From an uncultured Candidatus Peribacteria bacterium (GTDB lineage Bacteria; Patescibacteriota; Gracilibacteria; UBA1369; LOWO2-01-FULL-3), in NCBI GenBank assembly GCA_964406295.1, contig CAYORB010000002.1, positions 658-64,218 on the forward strand: 63,561 nt of DNA, read 5' to 3'. The notes under the pieces are model-generated. The model did no database searches and was not told the origin of the DNA. It saw only the letters and a program-made list of their open reading frames with translations. Positions 37,322 to 46,084 of this stretch are shown piece by piece. Numbering within the stretch: the stretch's first letter is position 1; each line of letters starts with the position of its first letter. Position numbers and translations under genes: made by a program.

Positions 37322-38536
37322 TTAATTGTTAGCCAAGTTCAGTGATAATTTTAATATGGCAGTATAGCCATCCGTCAAAGAACCAGATTTATTGAACGAA
37401 TTCATATCAGCACCTTCAAAAGTATCTGAGTCATTGAATTCATCAATCAGATTAGCGATCATCGTAAAATTAGTAGTATCAAATCTTTTCGTCTCTCCAA
37501 CAATAGAAATTCTTCGATTTACACTATCAAAATCATAGCTGGTATAACGTATACCACCCAGTTCGTTATAATAATCATCAGTATAATATCCATCCACTGC
37601 AATAGTTCTCAGGTCAATTTCATCCATAATATCTGACCATTTGATTCTTTTTTCTTTAATATTTTGTATTGAAGTAAGGTTGCTTGTTAAGAGTGAGTTC
37701 ATATCTTTAACAAATACATAAACATCTTCATCTGACATAGCATCAAAATCAGAATTTATAATCAGATTTTTTAACTCAGTATTATTCACTAATGCTATAG
37801 TTTGAGTATAAGTTTTAAATTCTCTTAAAGCTTCTGTTTCCTCATTTTCAGCTAAAGACTGAGCTTTTTTGCTTAGAACAGTTGTTAGTTTATCTCTAAA
37901 CATGGTCTCCAAATCACCACCTTCATTAGTCAAATCCACAGAAATATTTTTAATATAAAGCTCACGGGAATTATTGATTGCCACCTTAATATTTTCTTTC
38001 AATTCAGTCATTTGTTCTAAAGATTCACGTTTTTCTGATTTTGTAGAAGTTTGGCTTACAGAAACATCATAATTTTGTAAATAACTATCACCACTATAAC
38101 TAAAAATATCTAAATATCCTTTGATTTGTAGGTATCTATGAAGATTAATATTAGTTTGTAGTTTAATAATTTCCGCATTAGTCACGGCAAGGTCTTGTGA
38201 AACATTAGGAATATCCAGGTTATTGGTGATAGATTCCAGGCTTTTCGTTAGTTGAGTACTAAAAAAAAGAAAAGAACCAATACCAGCCACAACCAAGAAA
38301 CTAGCTGTAATTTTCAAAATAAGTAATAATATACTTTTTGGAGGTTCCATTCCTTGAAGCAGAGATTGATCTATCTCTGGTGCTATCCCAAGAATATTTT
38401 CTTCTCCTGTAGCTGTTTCTGTAGAAACAATACTGCTTACAAGAGCAGAATCATCAGCCTTTGTATCTTTGATATCAAGAGGATTGATAGGCTGAGGTTC
38501 AGGTGCAGCCGCTTCAGTCTGTTTTTCTTCTGCCAT
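37322..38536 (-). CDS. bitopic membrane protein, first gene of the pilus cluster (possible PilN-like; not an actin-like PilM)
   Basis: 404 aa: disordered acidic N-terminus, a single TM (ILLLILKITASFLVVAGIGSFLFF) and a ~310-aa external domain. There is a 2-nt gap to the next gene. Confidence 0.55.
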   Translation of the reverse strand: MAEEKQTEAAAPEPQPINPLDIKDTKADDSALVSSIVSTETATGEENILGIAPEIDQSLLQGMEPPKSILLLILKITASFLVVAGIGSFLFFSTQLTKSLESITNNLDIPNVSQDLAVTNAEIIKLQTNINLHRYLQIKGYLDIFSYSGDSYLQNYDVSVSQTSTKSEKRESLEQMTELKENIKVAINNSRELYIKNISVDLTNEGGDLETMFRDKLTTVLSKKAQSLAENEETEALREFKTYTQTIALVNNTELKNLIINSDFDAMSDEDVYVFVKDMNSLLTSNLTSIQNIKEKRIKWSDIMDEIDLRTIAVDGYYTDDYYNELGGIRYTSYDFDSVNRRISIVGETKRFDTTNFTMIANLIDEFNDSDTFEGADMNSFNKSGSLTDGYTAILKLSLNLANN

Positions 38537-38560
38537 TTATTTTGGTTTTTATATCATATT

Positions 38561-38589
38561 ATTATAGCAAAAAAACACGCAAGAGTAAA
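38561..38589 (-). promoter_or_regulatory. candidate promoter of the pilus cluster
   Basis: On the minus strand: TTTACT (38589-38584), 17-nt spacer, perfect TATAAT (38566-38561). It lies 25 nt upstream of the ATG at 38536. Confidence 0.5.
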
Positions 38590-38602
38590 GCATCTAAGAA
38601 CA

Positions 38603-38637
38603 ACAAAAAACCTCGATTCTAAGATCGAGGTTTTTAT
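38603..38637. terminator. rho-independent terminator after rplL (bidirectional form)
   Basis: 9-bp stem AACCTCGAT (38609-38617) pairs with ATCGAGGTT (38624-38632) around a 6-nt loop. An A-run lies on one side and a T-run on the other. Confidence 0.8.
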
Positions 38638-38657
38638 TCAATTTTGAACAATTTCTA

Positions 38658-39092
38658 CTATTTAAGTTCAACAGTAGCACCAGCTTCTTCAAGTTTCTTT
38701 TGAAGTTCTTCAGCTTCAGCAGGTTCAACACCTTCTTTAACAGCTTTTGGAGCACCATCAACTAGATCTTTAGCTTCTTTTAGACCAAGACCAGTGATTT
38801 CACGTACAGCCTTGATAACAGCGATTTTTTGACCACCAGCAGCAGCAAGAATAACATCTTTTTTACCATCACCAGCAGCAGCAGCATCGTCACCACCACC
38901 AGCAGCAGCACCACCAGCAACCATCATTGGAGCAGCAGCAGATACACCGAATTTTTCTTCAAGTGCTTTTACAAGGTTAGCTAAATCCATAACAGGTAGT
39001 TTTTCTACCAAATCCATGATTTTAGCAGCATCCTTACTTAGTTCTACAGATGGAGCAGCAGCTTCCTCTGTTTTTGTTTCTTCATCTGACAT
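38658..39092 (-). CDS. rplL: 50S ribosomal protein L7/L12
   Basis: Dimerisation N-terminus, Ala/Gly hinge and conserved C-terminal domain ([34 protein letters not shown]...[11 protein letters not shown]). Confidence 0.96.
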   Translation of the reverse strand: MSDEETKTEEAAAPSVELSKDAAKIMDLVEKLPVMDLANLVKALEEKFGVSAAAPMMVAGGAAAGGGDDAAAAGDGKKDVILAAAGGQKIAVIKAVREITGLGLKEAKDLVDGAPKAVKEGVEPAEAEELQKKLEEAGATVELK

Positions 39093-39124
39093 AATTATAA
39101 AAGTTAATTATTTATTAAATAAAA

Positions 39125-39658
39125 TTAAACGGATTGTTCTTGTTTTTCCTTAACAGCGTTAAGAACTCGCACAAACCCAGCCAAAGTATTGTTAAGTACT
39201 CCATGGAAACCTTGAACTGGATATTTAACCAAGTATACAAATTTCCCAAGCAATTCTTCTCTACCAGGTAATAAGGCCAGTGCTTTTGCTTCTGCAACAG
39301 TGATAACTTTTCCTTCAAAAATACCACCTCTTAGCTGTAAGTTTTCATTTTTCTTTGAAAATAAATGAACTGTTTTAGCAGCAGAAATTTCATCTTCCAT
39401 ACTAAAAGCTGCACCAACAGAACCTTCCAAAGATTCATCAGGTATTTCTCCAAATCCTGCTTCTTTAGCAGCAAGTTTCAACAAAGTTCTTTTAGCAACT
39501 TTAAATTGAACACCTTTTTCACGCATGTCTTTGCGTAGTTCGCCCATGTCTAGGACTGAAAGACCTTTGAAATCAGCAAAGATTACTGATTTAGCCTCCT
39601 TCATCTTCTCAACCAATTGAGAGACCAAGTCTTCCTTTTGTGCTTTTGTTAACGGCAT
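39125..39658 (-). CDS. rplJ: 50S ribosomal protein L10
   Basis: MPLTKAQKEDLVSQLVEKMKEAKSVIFADFKGLSVLDMGELRKDMREKGVQFKVAKRTL is a typical L10 N-terminus. It sits immediately upstream of rplL. Confidence 0.94.
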   Translation of the reverse strand: MPLTKAQKEDLVSQLVEKMKEAKSVIFADFKGLSVLDMGELRKDMREKGVQFKVAKRTLLKLAAKEAGFGEIPDESLEGSVGAAFSMEDEISAAKTVHLFSKKNENLQLRGGIFEGKVITVAEAKALALLPGREELLGKFVYLVKYPVQGFHGVLNNTLAGFVRVLNAVKEKQEQSV

Positions 39659-39768
39659 TGTTATTTTTAGATTAAAAAAAATCTCGACTGCGAGATAGAG
39701 TGAGATTGATTCAAAGCAACTATGTTGTTTGTCTCGGCAGGACTTATGAGAGCCTACTATCTATGACG
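39659..39768 (-). promoter_or_regulatory. rplJ 5' leader with an intrinsic-terminator-like hairpin (putative L10-leader-type attenuator)
   Basis: On the minus strand: stem ATCTCG/CGAGAT (39696-39681) with a 4-nt loop, followed by T7 (39680-39674), ending about 15 nt before the rplJ ATG. Confidence 0.4.
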
Positions 39769-39775
39769 CACAAGC

Positions 39776-39803
39776 ATTCTAGCGGAAAAACTTGCCATGT
39801 CAA
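39776..39803 (-). promoter_or_regulatory. candidate rplJL promoter
   Basis: On the minus strand: TTGACA (39803-39798), 16-nt spacer, TAGAAT (39781-39776). Confidence 0.55.
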
Positions 39804-39859
39804 ATAATTTTATTTCAAAATCAGAAATACACCATTAAGCACATATTATAAAAAAGGTG

Positions 39860-39888
39860 TTGACAGAACCACTAAAACATCGTAAGGT
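39860..39888 (+). promoter_or_regulatory. candidate promoter of the 39918 gene
   Basis: TTGACA (39860-39865), 17-nt spacer, TAAGGT (39883-39888). Confidence 0.45.
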
Positions 39889-39917
39889 CTCGATCCATGA
39901 TTTTTTAACATATACAA

Positions 39918-40361
39918 ATGAGCATTGAACAAATTCAAAATAATGAAATCAATATCGATGAAGTGGTAGCAGACATAAATTCTTTACCAAAACATATTAC
40001 TATAGCAATCGCTTATTTGCTTCAAGAGGCTGTAGATTTTTTAAATAATGCCACACCTAACTATATAACAAAGTTTGCTTGGGTGCTAGATATGGCAGCT
40101 GAAGATCTTGAAGCTGACCAATTTATACAAAGTATAAATTATTTCAAACAAGTTGATACTACGTTTTGCTCTAGAATTAAAGAAAATTTAGAATTATTAC
40201 CAGATAAAATTCTTTATGAAATTACTTATTTACTTGAAAAAGTTTCAGAAAAATTAGAAAAGGTAAATAGTTATACTATTGCTGGAGACATATTAGAAAT
40301 TGCTGATAATATGTGGTACACAGTGGAAATCATTCTTGAAGAAGAAGCGAATACACATTAA
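39918..40361 (+). CDS. acidic helical orphan protein (147 aa)
   Basis: ORF with its own promoter-like element. No TM segment or signal peptide. No family recognised. Confidence 0.55.
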   Translation: MSIEQIQNNEINIDEVVADINSLPKHITIAIAYLLQEAVDFLNNATPNYITKFAWVLDMAAEDLEADQFIQSINYFKQVDTTFCSRIKENLELLPDKILYEITYLLEKVSEKLEKVNSYTIAGDILEIADNMWYTVEIILEEEANTH

Positions 40362-40385
40362 AAATTGTATTTTCCATAAATCCAT

Positions 40386-41639
40386 TTATGTTTCTTCAAT
40401 TCTTATATATCCTTTCTTTTGCGCACTACCTTTGGCAACTTCTCTTCTTTCAAAAGCATCAATATCAGCTTTCGTAATGGTCTTATAATATGCAGGGTGT
40501 ATCCAATCTTCATCACCTCGTATCAAACCAAATTTAATATTAAAAGCAATGTCCTCATCGCTTAAACCTTTATTCTTTTTGGCTTTGTCCTTTAGATGTT
40601 TGAGCATAAAATCAACATTTCTTTCCACCTGTTTAGGCATTTTGTATTCATATTTACTGCCATATAGTGGTTGGTCTTTTGCATGGGCTTCACCTTGTTC
40701 ACTTGCCACTTTATCCATATAAGCGTTCATATCTAGGACATTACGAATGAATTCTGCTGGACTTCTTCCTTCTATTTTCTTCCATCTAGTAGTCCCTGTA
40801 AATGAACCATCATCATTTTTTTCAAATTCAAAATAATTATGACCACCACCAGTACTATGACTGGCAATAACAGCAGTAAATATATTTGAATTTGGCACTT
40901 TTCCAGTTACCTTTACATCTATTTCAACACCACTAATATTTAAATGAGCAAAGGGATTAGACGCATCTTTCATAGATTCTGGTATTGGACGAGTATTTGA
41001 ATATAAAGCTTGTGGTTTCAATTTTGTTGAACCACCATATTCTAAGACAGTTCTTGCACTGCCTCTATTGCTTAACACTAAATCTAAAACTTGAGTTTTA
41101 CCATTTATTCGTCTTTTTGCCTTTTTAGCTGCATAGGCTAGTTGAAACAAGCTAGCCGAACCATATAATACATGCTGTGGAAGCATTCCATTTTTCTTTG
41201 CTAAATCTTCGATATTGGCTCTGGTTTCTTTCCAATTATCGCGCTTGTTAATCTTCATCTTAGAAAACGCATGAGCAAACCGAAAGAAAGTTTGCATATA
41301 AGCGCTTTGTGAGAGATTCGAAAAATTTGTACGAACCTGAATTTTTGGATCATTTATATATCCAATTAAATTAGAGACTCTATTTTGCATCTTTTCATAC
41401 CAACGGTTAGTTCTACGCCTTTCCCTGCTAAATGGTCTAGGATTAACCTTCCCAACAGCTATTTTAGGTCTACGTGTAACTTGCCTGGCAATTTTTTCAC
41501 CATAAGCAAATTTTCTCCAATTATCAGCAGCTTTTTCAGCACTTTCAGCATCTCTATAAGGTTTTTCTCCAGATTCCTTAAATTGATCAGTATCCATCGG
41601 ATTGTCCAAAGCTTGACCTAAGCTATCAAATTCACCCAT
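40386..41639 (-). CDS. orphan protein (417 aa) with a basic N-terminal region
   Basis: Long ORF with a coding-like, non-repetitive composition. No signal peptide. No motif I can assign. Confidence 0.65.
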   Translation of the reverse strand: MGEFDSLGQALDNPMDTDQFKESGEKPYRDAESAEKAADNWRKFAYGEKIARQVTRRPKIAVGKVNPRPFSRERRRTNRWYEKMQNRVSNLIGYINDPKIQVRTNFSNLSQSAYMQTFFRFAHAFSKMKINKRDNWKETRANIEDLAKKNGMLPQHVLYGSASLFQLAYAAKKAKRRINGKTQVLDLVLSNRGSARTVLEYGGSTKLKPQALYSNTRPIPESMKDASNPFAHLNISGVEIDVKVTGKVPNSNIFTAVIASHSTGGGHNYFEFEKNDDGSFTGTTRWKKIEGRSPAEFIRNVLDMNAYMDKVASEQGEAHAKDQPLYGSKYEYKMPKQVERNVDFMLKHLKDKAKKNKGLSDEDIAFNIKFGLIRGDEDWIHPAYYKTITKADIDAFERREVAKGSAQKKGYIRIEET

Positions 41640-41701
41640 AGTATTTATTTTTATTTCACAAAATTATACCATTTTAAAGGCATAAAGTCTATACTACCAC
41701 C

Positions 41702-42613
41702 ATGCAAACCGAGTTATCCACAAAAATCCAAGAGTTTTTATCAACAGCAAAGAAGCCGTTGATAGTATTATTGGGACCAACAGCTTCCGGCAAGACTTCA
41801 CTGTCTTTAGACATTGCTAGACAGTTCAAAGGAGAAATCATTTCAACAGATTCGCGTCAAATTTATACAGAAATGGACATAGCAACTGACGCTTTAACAG
41901 AGGAACAGCAAGAGGGGATTCCTCATCATATGATTGGCATCTGCAAGCCGGATCAGGTTTTGACAATGCCTGAATACAAGGATATGGCACTGAAAAAAAT
42001 TGAAAAAATATATAAGGAAAAACATATTCCTATGCTGGTTGGTGGGACGGGTCTTTATAGTACAGCTATTATGGAAGGCTATGACACGCCTCGCATTCCG
42101 CCTGATATGGAATTTCGCAAACAACTTGAAAAAGAAGCTGAAGAGAAAGGTGTTGAGTATTTACATAAAAAGCTTGAAAAACTTGATCCTAAAGCAGCTG
42201 CAAAAATCCATCCAAATAATTTACGTTATGTAATTCGCGCAATAGAAATCAATAAAACTACAGGAAAACCTAAACAAGATATAAAATTTGAATCATCATT
42301 TGATGTTTTAATGATAGGAATTAAAAGAGATAGAACTGAACTATATAATCGTATTAATAAACGAGTAGATGAACAGGTGGAGAATGGCTTATTGGAAGAG
42401 GTTCAGGCTTTGTTGGACAAGGGGTATGATGAAAATCTCCCATCAATGACTTCTTTAGGAGTAAAAGAAATTATACCTTATTTAAAAGGGGAAATGGAAC
42501 TCAATCATTGTTTGGAAATTTTGAAGCGTAATACAAGACGTTATGCAAAACGTCAAATGACATGGTTTAGGAGATATGATACTGTGCTGTGGCTCAATCC
42601 GAAAGAGACTTGA
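41702..42613 (+). CDS. miaA: tRNA dimethylallyltransferase
   Basis: P-loop GPTASGKTSLSLDIA followed by EIISTDSRQIYTEMDIAT and GGTGLY motifs. TGA stop. Confidence 0.93.
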   Translation: MQTELSTKIQEFLSTAKKPLIVLLGPTASGKTSLSLDIARQFKGEIISTDSRQIYTEMDIATDALTEEQQEGIPHHMIGICKPDQVLTMPEYKDMALKKIEKIYKEKHIPMLVGGTGLYSTAIMEGYDTPRIPPDMEFRKQLEKEAEEKGVEYLHKKLEKLDPKAAAKIHPNNLRYVIRAIEINKTTGKPKQDIKFESSFDVLMIGIKRDRTELYNRINKRVDEQVENGLLEEVQALLDKGYDENLPSMTSLGVKEIIPYLKGEMELNHCLEILKRNTRRYAKRQMTWFRRYDTVLWLNPKET

Positions 42614-42638
42614 TTAAGGGCCACTAAATAAAAAAAAT

Positions 42639-43016
42639 ATGGCAAAAAATCTTAAAGAATTATGTGAACTGGCTGCCAAATTACGTAGTGAGACAGGTTG
42701 TCCTTGGGATAGAAAACAAACTATTTCAAGTATGCTCAAATATATTGATGAAGAAATAGAAGAAGTACGAGAAGCAATAGCAAACGGTGATCATGATAAT
42801 CTTCGTGAGGAACTGGGTGATGTACTTTTTCAACTGGTAATGATAACACAAATTGCCGGGGAAAAAGGGTATTTCACAATGGATGATGTCGTGGCAGATA
42901 TTGGGAAGAAGATAGTGGACAGGCATACTTGGGTTTTTGGTGATGAAAAAGCCGAAACTCCTGAGGAGGCATTGGAACTTTGGAAGAAAAACAAAGAAAA
43001 GGAAAAAAGAAAATAA
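42639..43016 (+). CDS. mazG: MazG-family nucleoside triphosphate pyrophosphohydrolase (single domain)
   Basis: CPWDRKQTISSMLKYIDEEIEEVREAI...ELGDVLFQLV...DRHTWVF pattern. Confidence 0.85.
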   Translation: MAKNLKELCELAAKLRSETGCPWDRKQTISSMLKYIDEEIEEVREAIANGDHDNLREELGDVLFQLVMITQIAGEKGYFTMDDVVADIGKKIVDRHTWVFGDEKAETPEEALELWKKNKEKEKRK

Positions 43017-43029
43017 TATAAATTTAAAA

Positions 43030-44688
43030 ATGTCTATTTTAAGAAAAAAGTGGAATGTTATTAACAAAAATGATCATTCAGCATTAGAAAAGGTTTTAGA
43101 AAATCGCATTGATATAAAAAATTCTGAAATCCAAGAACTTCATGATCCTTTTCTTTTTAATGATATGAAAAAAGCAGTTGAGAGAATTGCTGAAGCCATA
43201 GAAAATCAAGAGAAAATTGTGATTTTTGGTGATTATGATGTTGATGGTATTACTGCATCTGCGATCTTGATAGGTATACTTAGAAAATTAAATGCAAATA
43301 TTATATATAGGTTGCCAAACAGGGTAAATGATGGTTATGGACTATCAGATAAGTTTATAAATGAGTTTATAGAAGAAGGTGTAAATCTGATTATAACTGT
43401 AGATTGTGGAATCGCTTGTGTTGATCAAATAGCTATGGCCGATGAAAATGGAATTGATACAATTATCACTGATCATCACAGAATTCAGGCTAGAATACCT
43501 AAGGCCTATGCAATACTGCATCCAAAAGATAATTCATCTTATCCTTGCGACGAATTAACAGGGGCCGGTGTTGCATTTAAGCTAGCACAAGCATTAATCG
43601 AAACTAATGTAGATGAGTCAGAAAGGGAAAATTTTCTTAATTCTTTACTGGAATTTGCTTGTATGGGGACAATTTCTGATATGGGACCTCTATATGGGGA
43701 AAATAGATTAATTGTACAGCGTGGGTTGAAAGGTATATCTAAAACTCAGTGGCCAGGTTTGGAAGAATTAAAAAAAGTAGCTAAAATATCAAACGATAAA
43801 GCGGTCACCGCCAGTGCTATAGGTTTTCAACTAGGACCAAGAATAAATGCTGCAGGACGTATTGGGGATCCATATAAAGCTCTCGAATTGCTCATCCGAG
43901 ATGATAATGGCCCAGAAACAGAGCAATTAGCGGCTGAGCTCGAAACTTTAAATTTGCAGAGACGCGAAATGACAGAACAGGCTATAGAAAGCGCTATTAG
44001 CCGTATAGATTCTGAAAACCCACCATGTCTTATTTTTGAGTACAGTGCTGATTGGCATGTTGGAGTACTGGGACTTATTGCCGGAAAACTTTCAGAAAAA
44101 TACGGACGACCATCAATAATTTTAAAGGATAAAGGGGATACATTAGTTGCTTCTGCTCGTAGTTTAGAATATTTTAATATAATAGAGGCAATAACTGCTT
44201 GTTCTGAGCATTTAGTTTCTTTTGGAGGACATGCTCAAGCTGCAGGACTTACTATAGAGAAATCCAAACTTCCTGAATTTATAGAAGCAATTGAAAAATA
44301 CGCAAAGGAGAAACTTAAAAACATAGAGTTAGAACCTACTTTAAACATTGATTGTGAAATACAAGGCAAAGAGATTAATATGAGTTTTTTAGACAAGATA
44401 ACTAATCTTGCACCATTTGGTGTTGGAAATGCTTCTCCTAAATTTCTTATTAGAAATGTATCTGTTGAATCTCCTGCTCAAGTTGGTAAAGATAAGAATC
44501 ATTTAAGATTTACCATAAATACTGCGACAAAAAATTATAGGGTTATAGCATTTCGCATGGGAGGGGTCTTGGAACAAGTAAAGAATAATCCAAGTATTGA
44601 CCTAGTGTTCACAATCGAGAAGAATAATTGGAATGGCAGAGAATATATTGGGATTCAAGCACTAGACTTTCAAATTAATGGAGAGTAA
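43030..44688 (+). CDS. recJ: single-stranded-DNA-specific exonuclease RecJ
   Basis: DHH-family motifs (FGDYDVDGIT, TVDCG, ITDHH) and DHHA1 GGHAQAAG. The ATG at 43030 (MSILRKKW) is preferred over the track start at 42937, which would overlap mazG by 80 nt. Confidence 0.92.
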   Translation: MSILRKKWNVINKNDHSALEKVLENRIDIKNSEIQELHDPFLFNDMKKAVERIAEAIENQEKIVIFGDYDVDGITASAILIGILRKLNANIIYRLPNRVNDGYGLSDKFINEFIEEGVNLIITVDCGIACVDQIAMADENGIDTIITDHHRIQARIPKAYAILHPKDNSSYPCDELTGAGVAFKLAQALIETNVDESERENFLNSLLEFACMGTISDMGPLYGENRLIVQRGLKGISKTQWPGLEELKKVAKISNDKAVTASAIGFQLGPRINAAGRIGDPYKALELLIRDDNGPETEQLAAELETLNLQRREMTEQAIESAISRIDSENPPCLIFEYSADWHVGVLGLIAGKLSEKYGRPSIILKDKGDTLVASARSLEYFNIIEAITACSEHLVSFGGHAQAAGLTIEKSKLPEFIEAIEKYAKEKLKNIELEPTLNIDCEIQGKEINMSFLDKITNLAPFGVGNASPKFLIRNVSVESPAQVGKDKNHLRFTINTATKNYRVIAFRMGGVLEQVKNNPSIDLVFTIEKNNWNGREYIGIQALDFQINGE

Positions 44689-44697
44689 AATCTGACT

Positions 44698-45978
44698 ATG
44701 AGAAAAATCCTGATTCTTGCAATAGCTTTTATGATTCTAACTGGCAGTGTTCATGCTGCAGATATGGATAAATGGTACCTGTATAACACTTCAGGCAAAA
44801 TCCATAACTTTTCTGTTAGCTTCCCAACCGACTGGAAAGCCCAAAATATTTCAGATAGCAAACACGGTTTTTCTCCAAGTGATAACTTTGAGGACCCATT
44901 TTATATAATTCAGGAATTTGAAGGTCAAAGTTTTGAGCAAGTAATAGAACATTATCGTACAGAGGGAGGACCTATGCTCTCTTTCAAAGATTTTATATTT
45001 CAATCAAGCAGTGAAGATATTATAGCTAGAGAAGTTATTTACGATAAGATGAGTATAAAAATGATTAAAAGAGGGACGGTAATTTTTACTTTCCTGCCTA
45101 AGAACAATCAAGAGAAAAAGAATGAAGAGGTATTTGATAATATTTTCAACTCTTTTCACTTCAGTGATAATTGGCATCAGTATATAGATTTAGGTGAGAA
45201 TTATAGTTTCATTTTTCCAAAAAATATGGATCTAAATACCATTAATAATGGAGTAGAAATTTTAGATGAAGATATTACAGTTTTTTCCGTACTACTACAG
45301 GAAGATGGAGAACTAAAAAACAAGGAGAAGAATTATCATATAGATGTAGATGAACAAAATTCTTCTTTCACTGAAATAATGGAAAGTTTTAATTTCTTTG
45401 ATATTGATGAAATTGAAGAAGATTATTCTTCATTTTTATATTTTCCTGATGTAAGGGATAATCATAAAAACAGCACTGCCATTAATAGGTTAGTGAAAGA
45501 TAAGGTTATAGAAGGATATTTAGATGGTACATTCAAACCAAATGGAGAGATAAATCGTGCTGAACTTACAAAAATGGTAGTAGCTACAAAAAACAATCCC
45601 GATCCTTCAAGGTATTCAAATTGTTTTCCGGATGTAGTAGAAGAATGGTTTGCTCCTTATATTTGTTATGCCAAAAACAGAAGATGGGTGACTGGGTATC
45701 AGGATGGAAGCTTTAAACCAGAATCAAGCGTTAATCGGGTAGAGGCATTAAAAATAATACTTGAAGCTTTGATTAATTACGATATAAATGCCGAGCTAGA
45801 AGATGAATCAATAACAGATATAGACACTGAAATGTGGTATGGATCTTATTATAGCTTTGCTTCAAATAATAACTTGCTTGATACAGAACATGTTATAAAC
45901 AACAAATATATTCCAGACGGAAATATCTCTAGAAAAGAAGTGGCAGAGATCATATACCGCATACAACAAATGCCCTAG
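44698..45978 (+). CDS. secreted protein with three C-terminal SLH domains
   Basis: Signal peptide MRKILILAIAFMILTGSVHA. SLH repeats FPDVRDNHKNSTAINRLVKDKVIEGYLDGTFKPNGEINRAELTKMVV and CFPDVVEEWFAPYICYAKNRRWVTGYQDGSFKPESSVNRVEALKIIL, plus a third. Confidence 0.85.
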   Translation: MRKILILAIAFMILTGSVHAADMDKWYLYNTSGKIHNFSVSFPTDWKAQNISDSKHGFSPSDNFEDPFYIIQEFEGQSFEQVIEHYRTEGGPMLSFKDFIFQSSSEDIIAREVIYDKMSIKMIKRGTVIFTFLPKNNQEKKNEEVFDNIFNSFHFSDNWHQYIDLGENYSFIFPKNMDLNTINNGVEILDEDITVFSVLLQEDGELKNKEKNYHIDVDEQNSSFTEIMESFNFFDIDEIEEDYSSFLYFPDVRDNHKNSTAINRLVKDKVIEGYLDGTFKPNGEINRAELTKMVVATKNNPDPSRYSNCFPDVVEEWFAPYICYAKNRRWVTGYQDGSFKPESSVNRVEALKIILEALINYDINAELEDESITDIDTEMWYGSYYSFASNNNLLDTEHVINNKYIPDGNISRKEVAEIIYRIQQMP

Positions 45979-46084
45979 CTCCTGACCCCAAACTCTTGAT
46001 ACAATGCTAGCCAATTATGACTAGTCAAGTTCTTGACATATTTATGAAAATGTTTTAGAATTATACAATACATTTAACCAAGAA

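Noticed and set aside
7330-41500. Shared NPRP motif in the basic N-termini of the 1251-aa and 417-aa orphans as evidence of paralogy
   Set aside because: This is a four-residue match in compositionally biased regions, and I found no extended similarity around it.
42937-43029. Upstream start for recJ overlapping mazG by 80 nt
   Set aside because: The extension is a Lys/Arg-rich shadow of the mazG 3' end in another frame. The ATG at 43030 lies 14 nt after the mazG stop and gives a typical RecJ N-terminus.
42726-43067. 113-aa minus-strand ORF spanning the mazG-recJ junction
   Set aside because: It is antisense to two recognisable genes. The F/K/I-rich translation is typical of the reverse complement of K/E-rich coding sequence.
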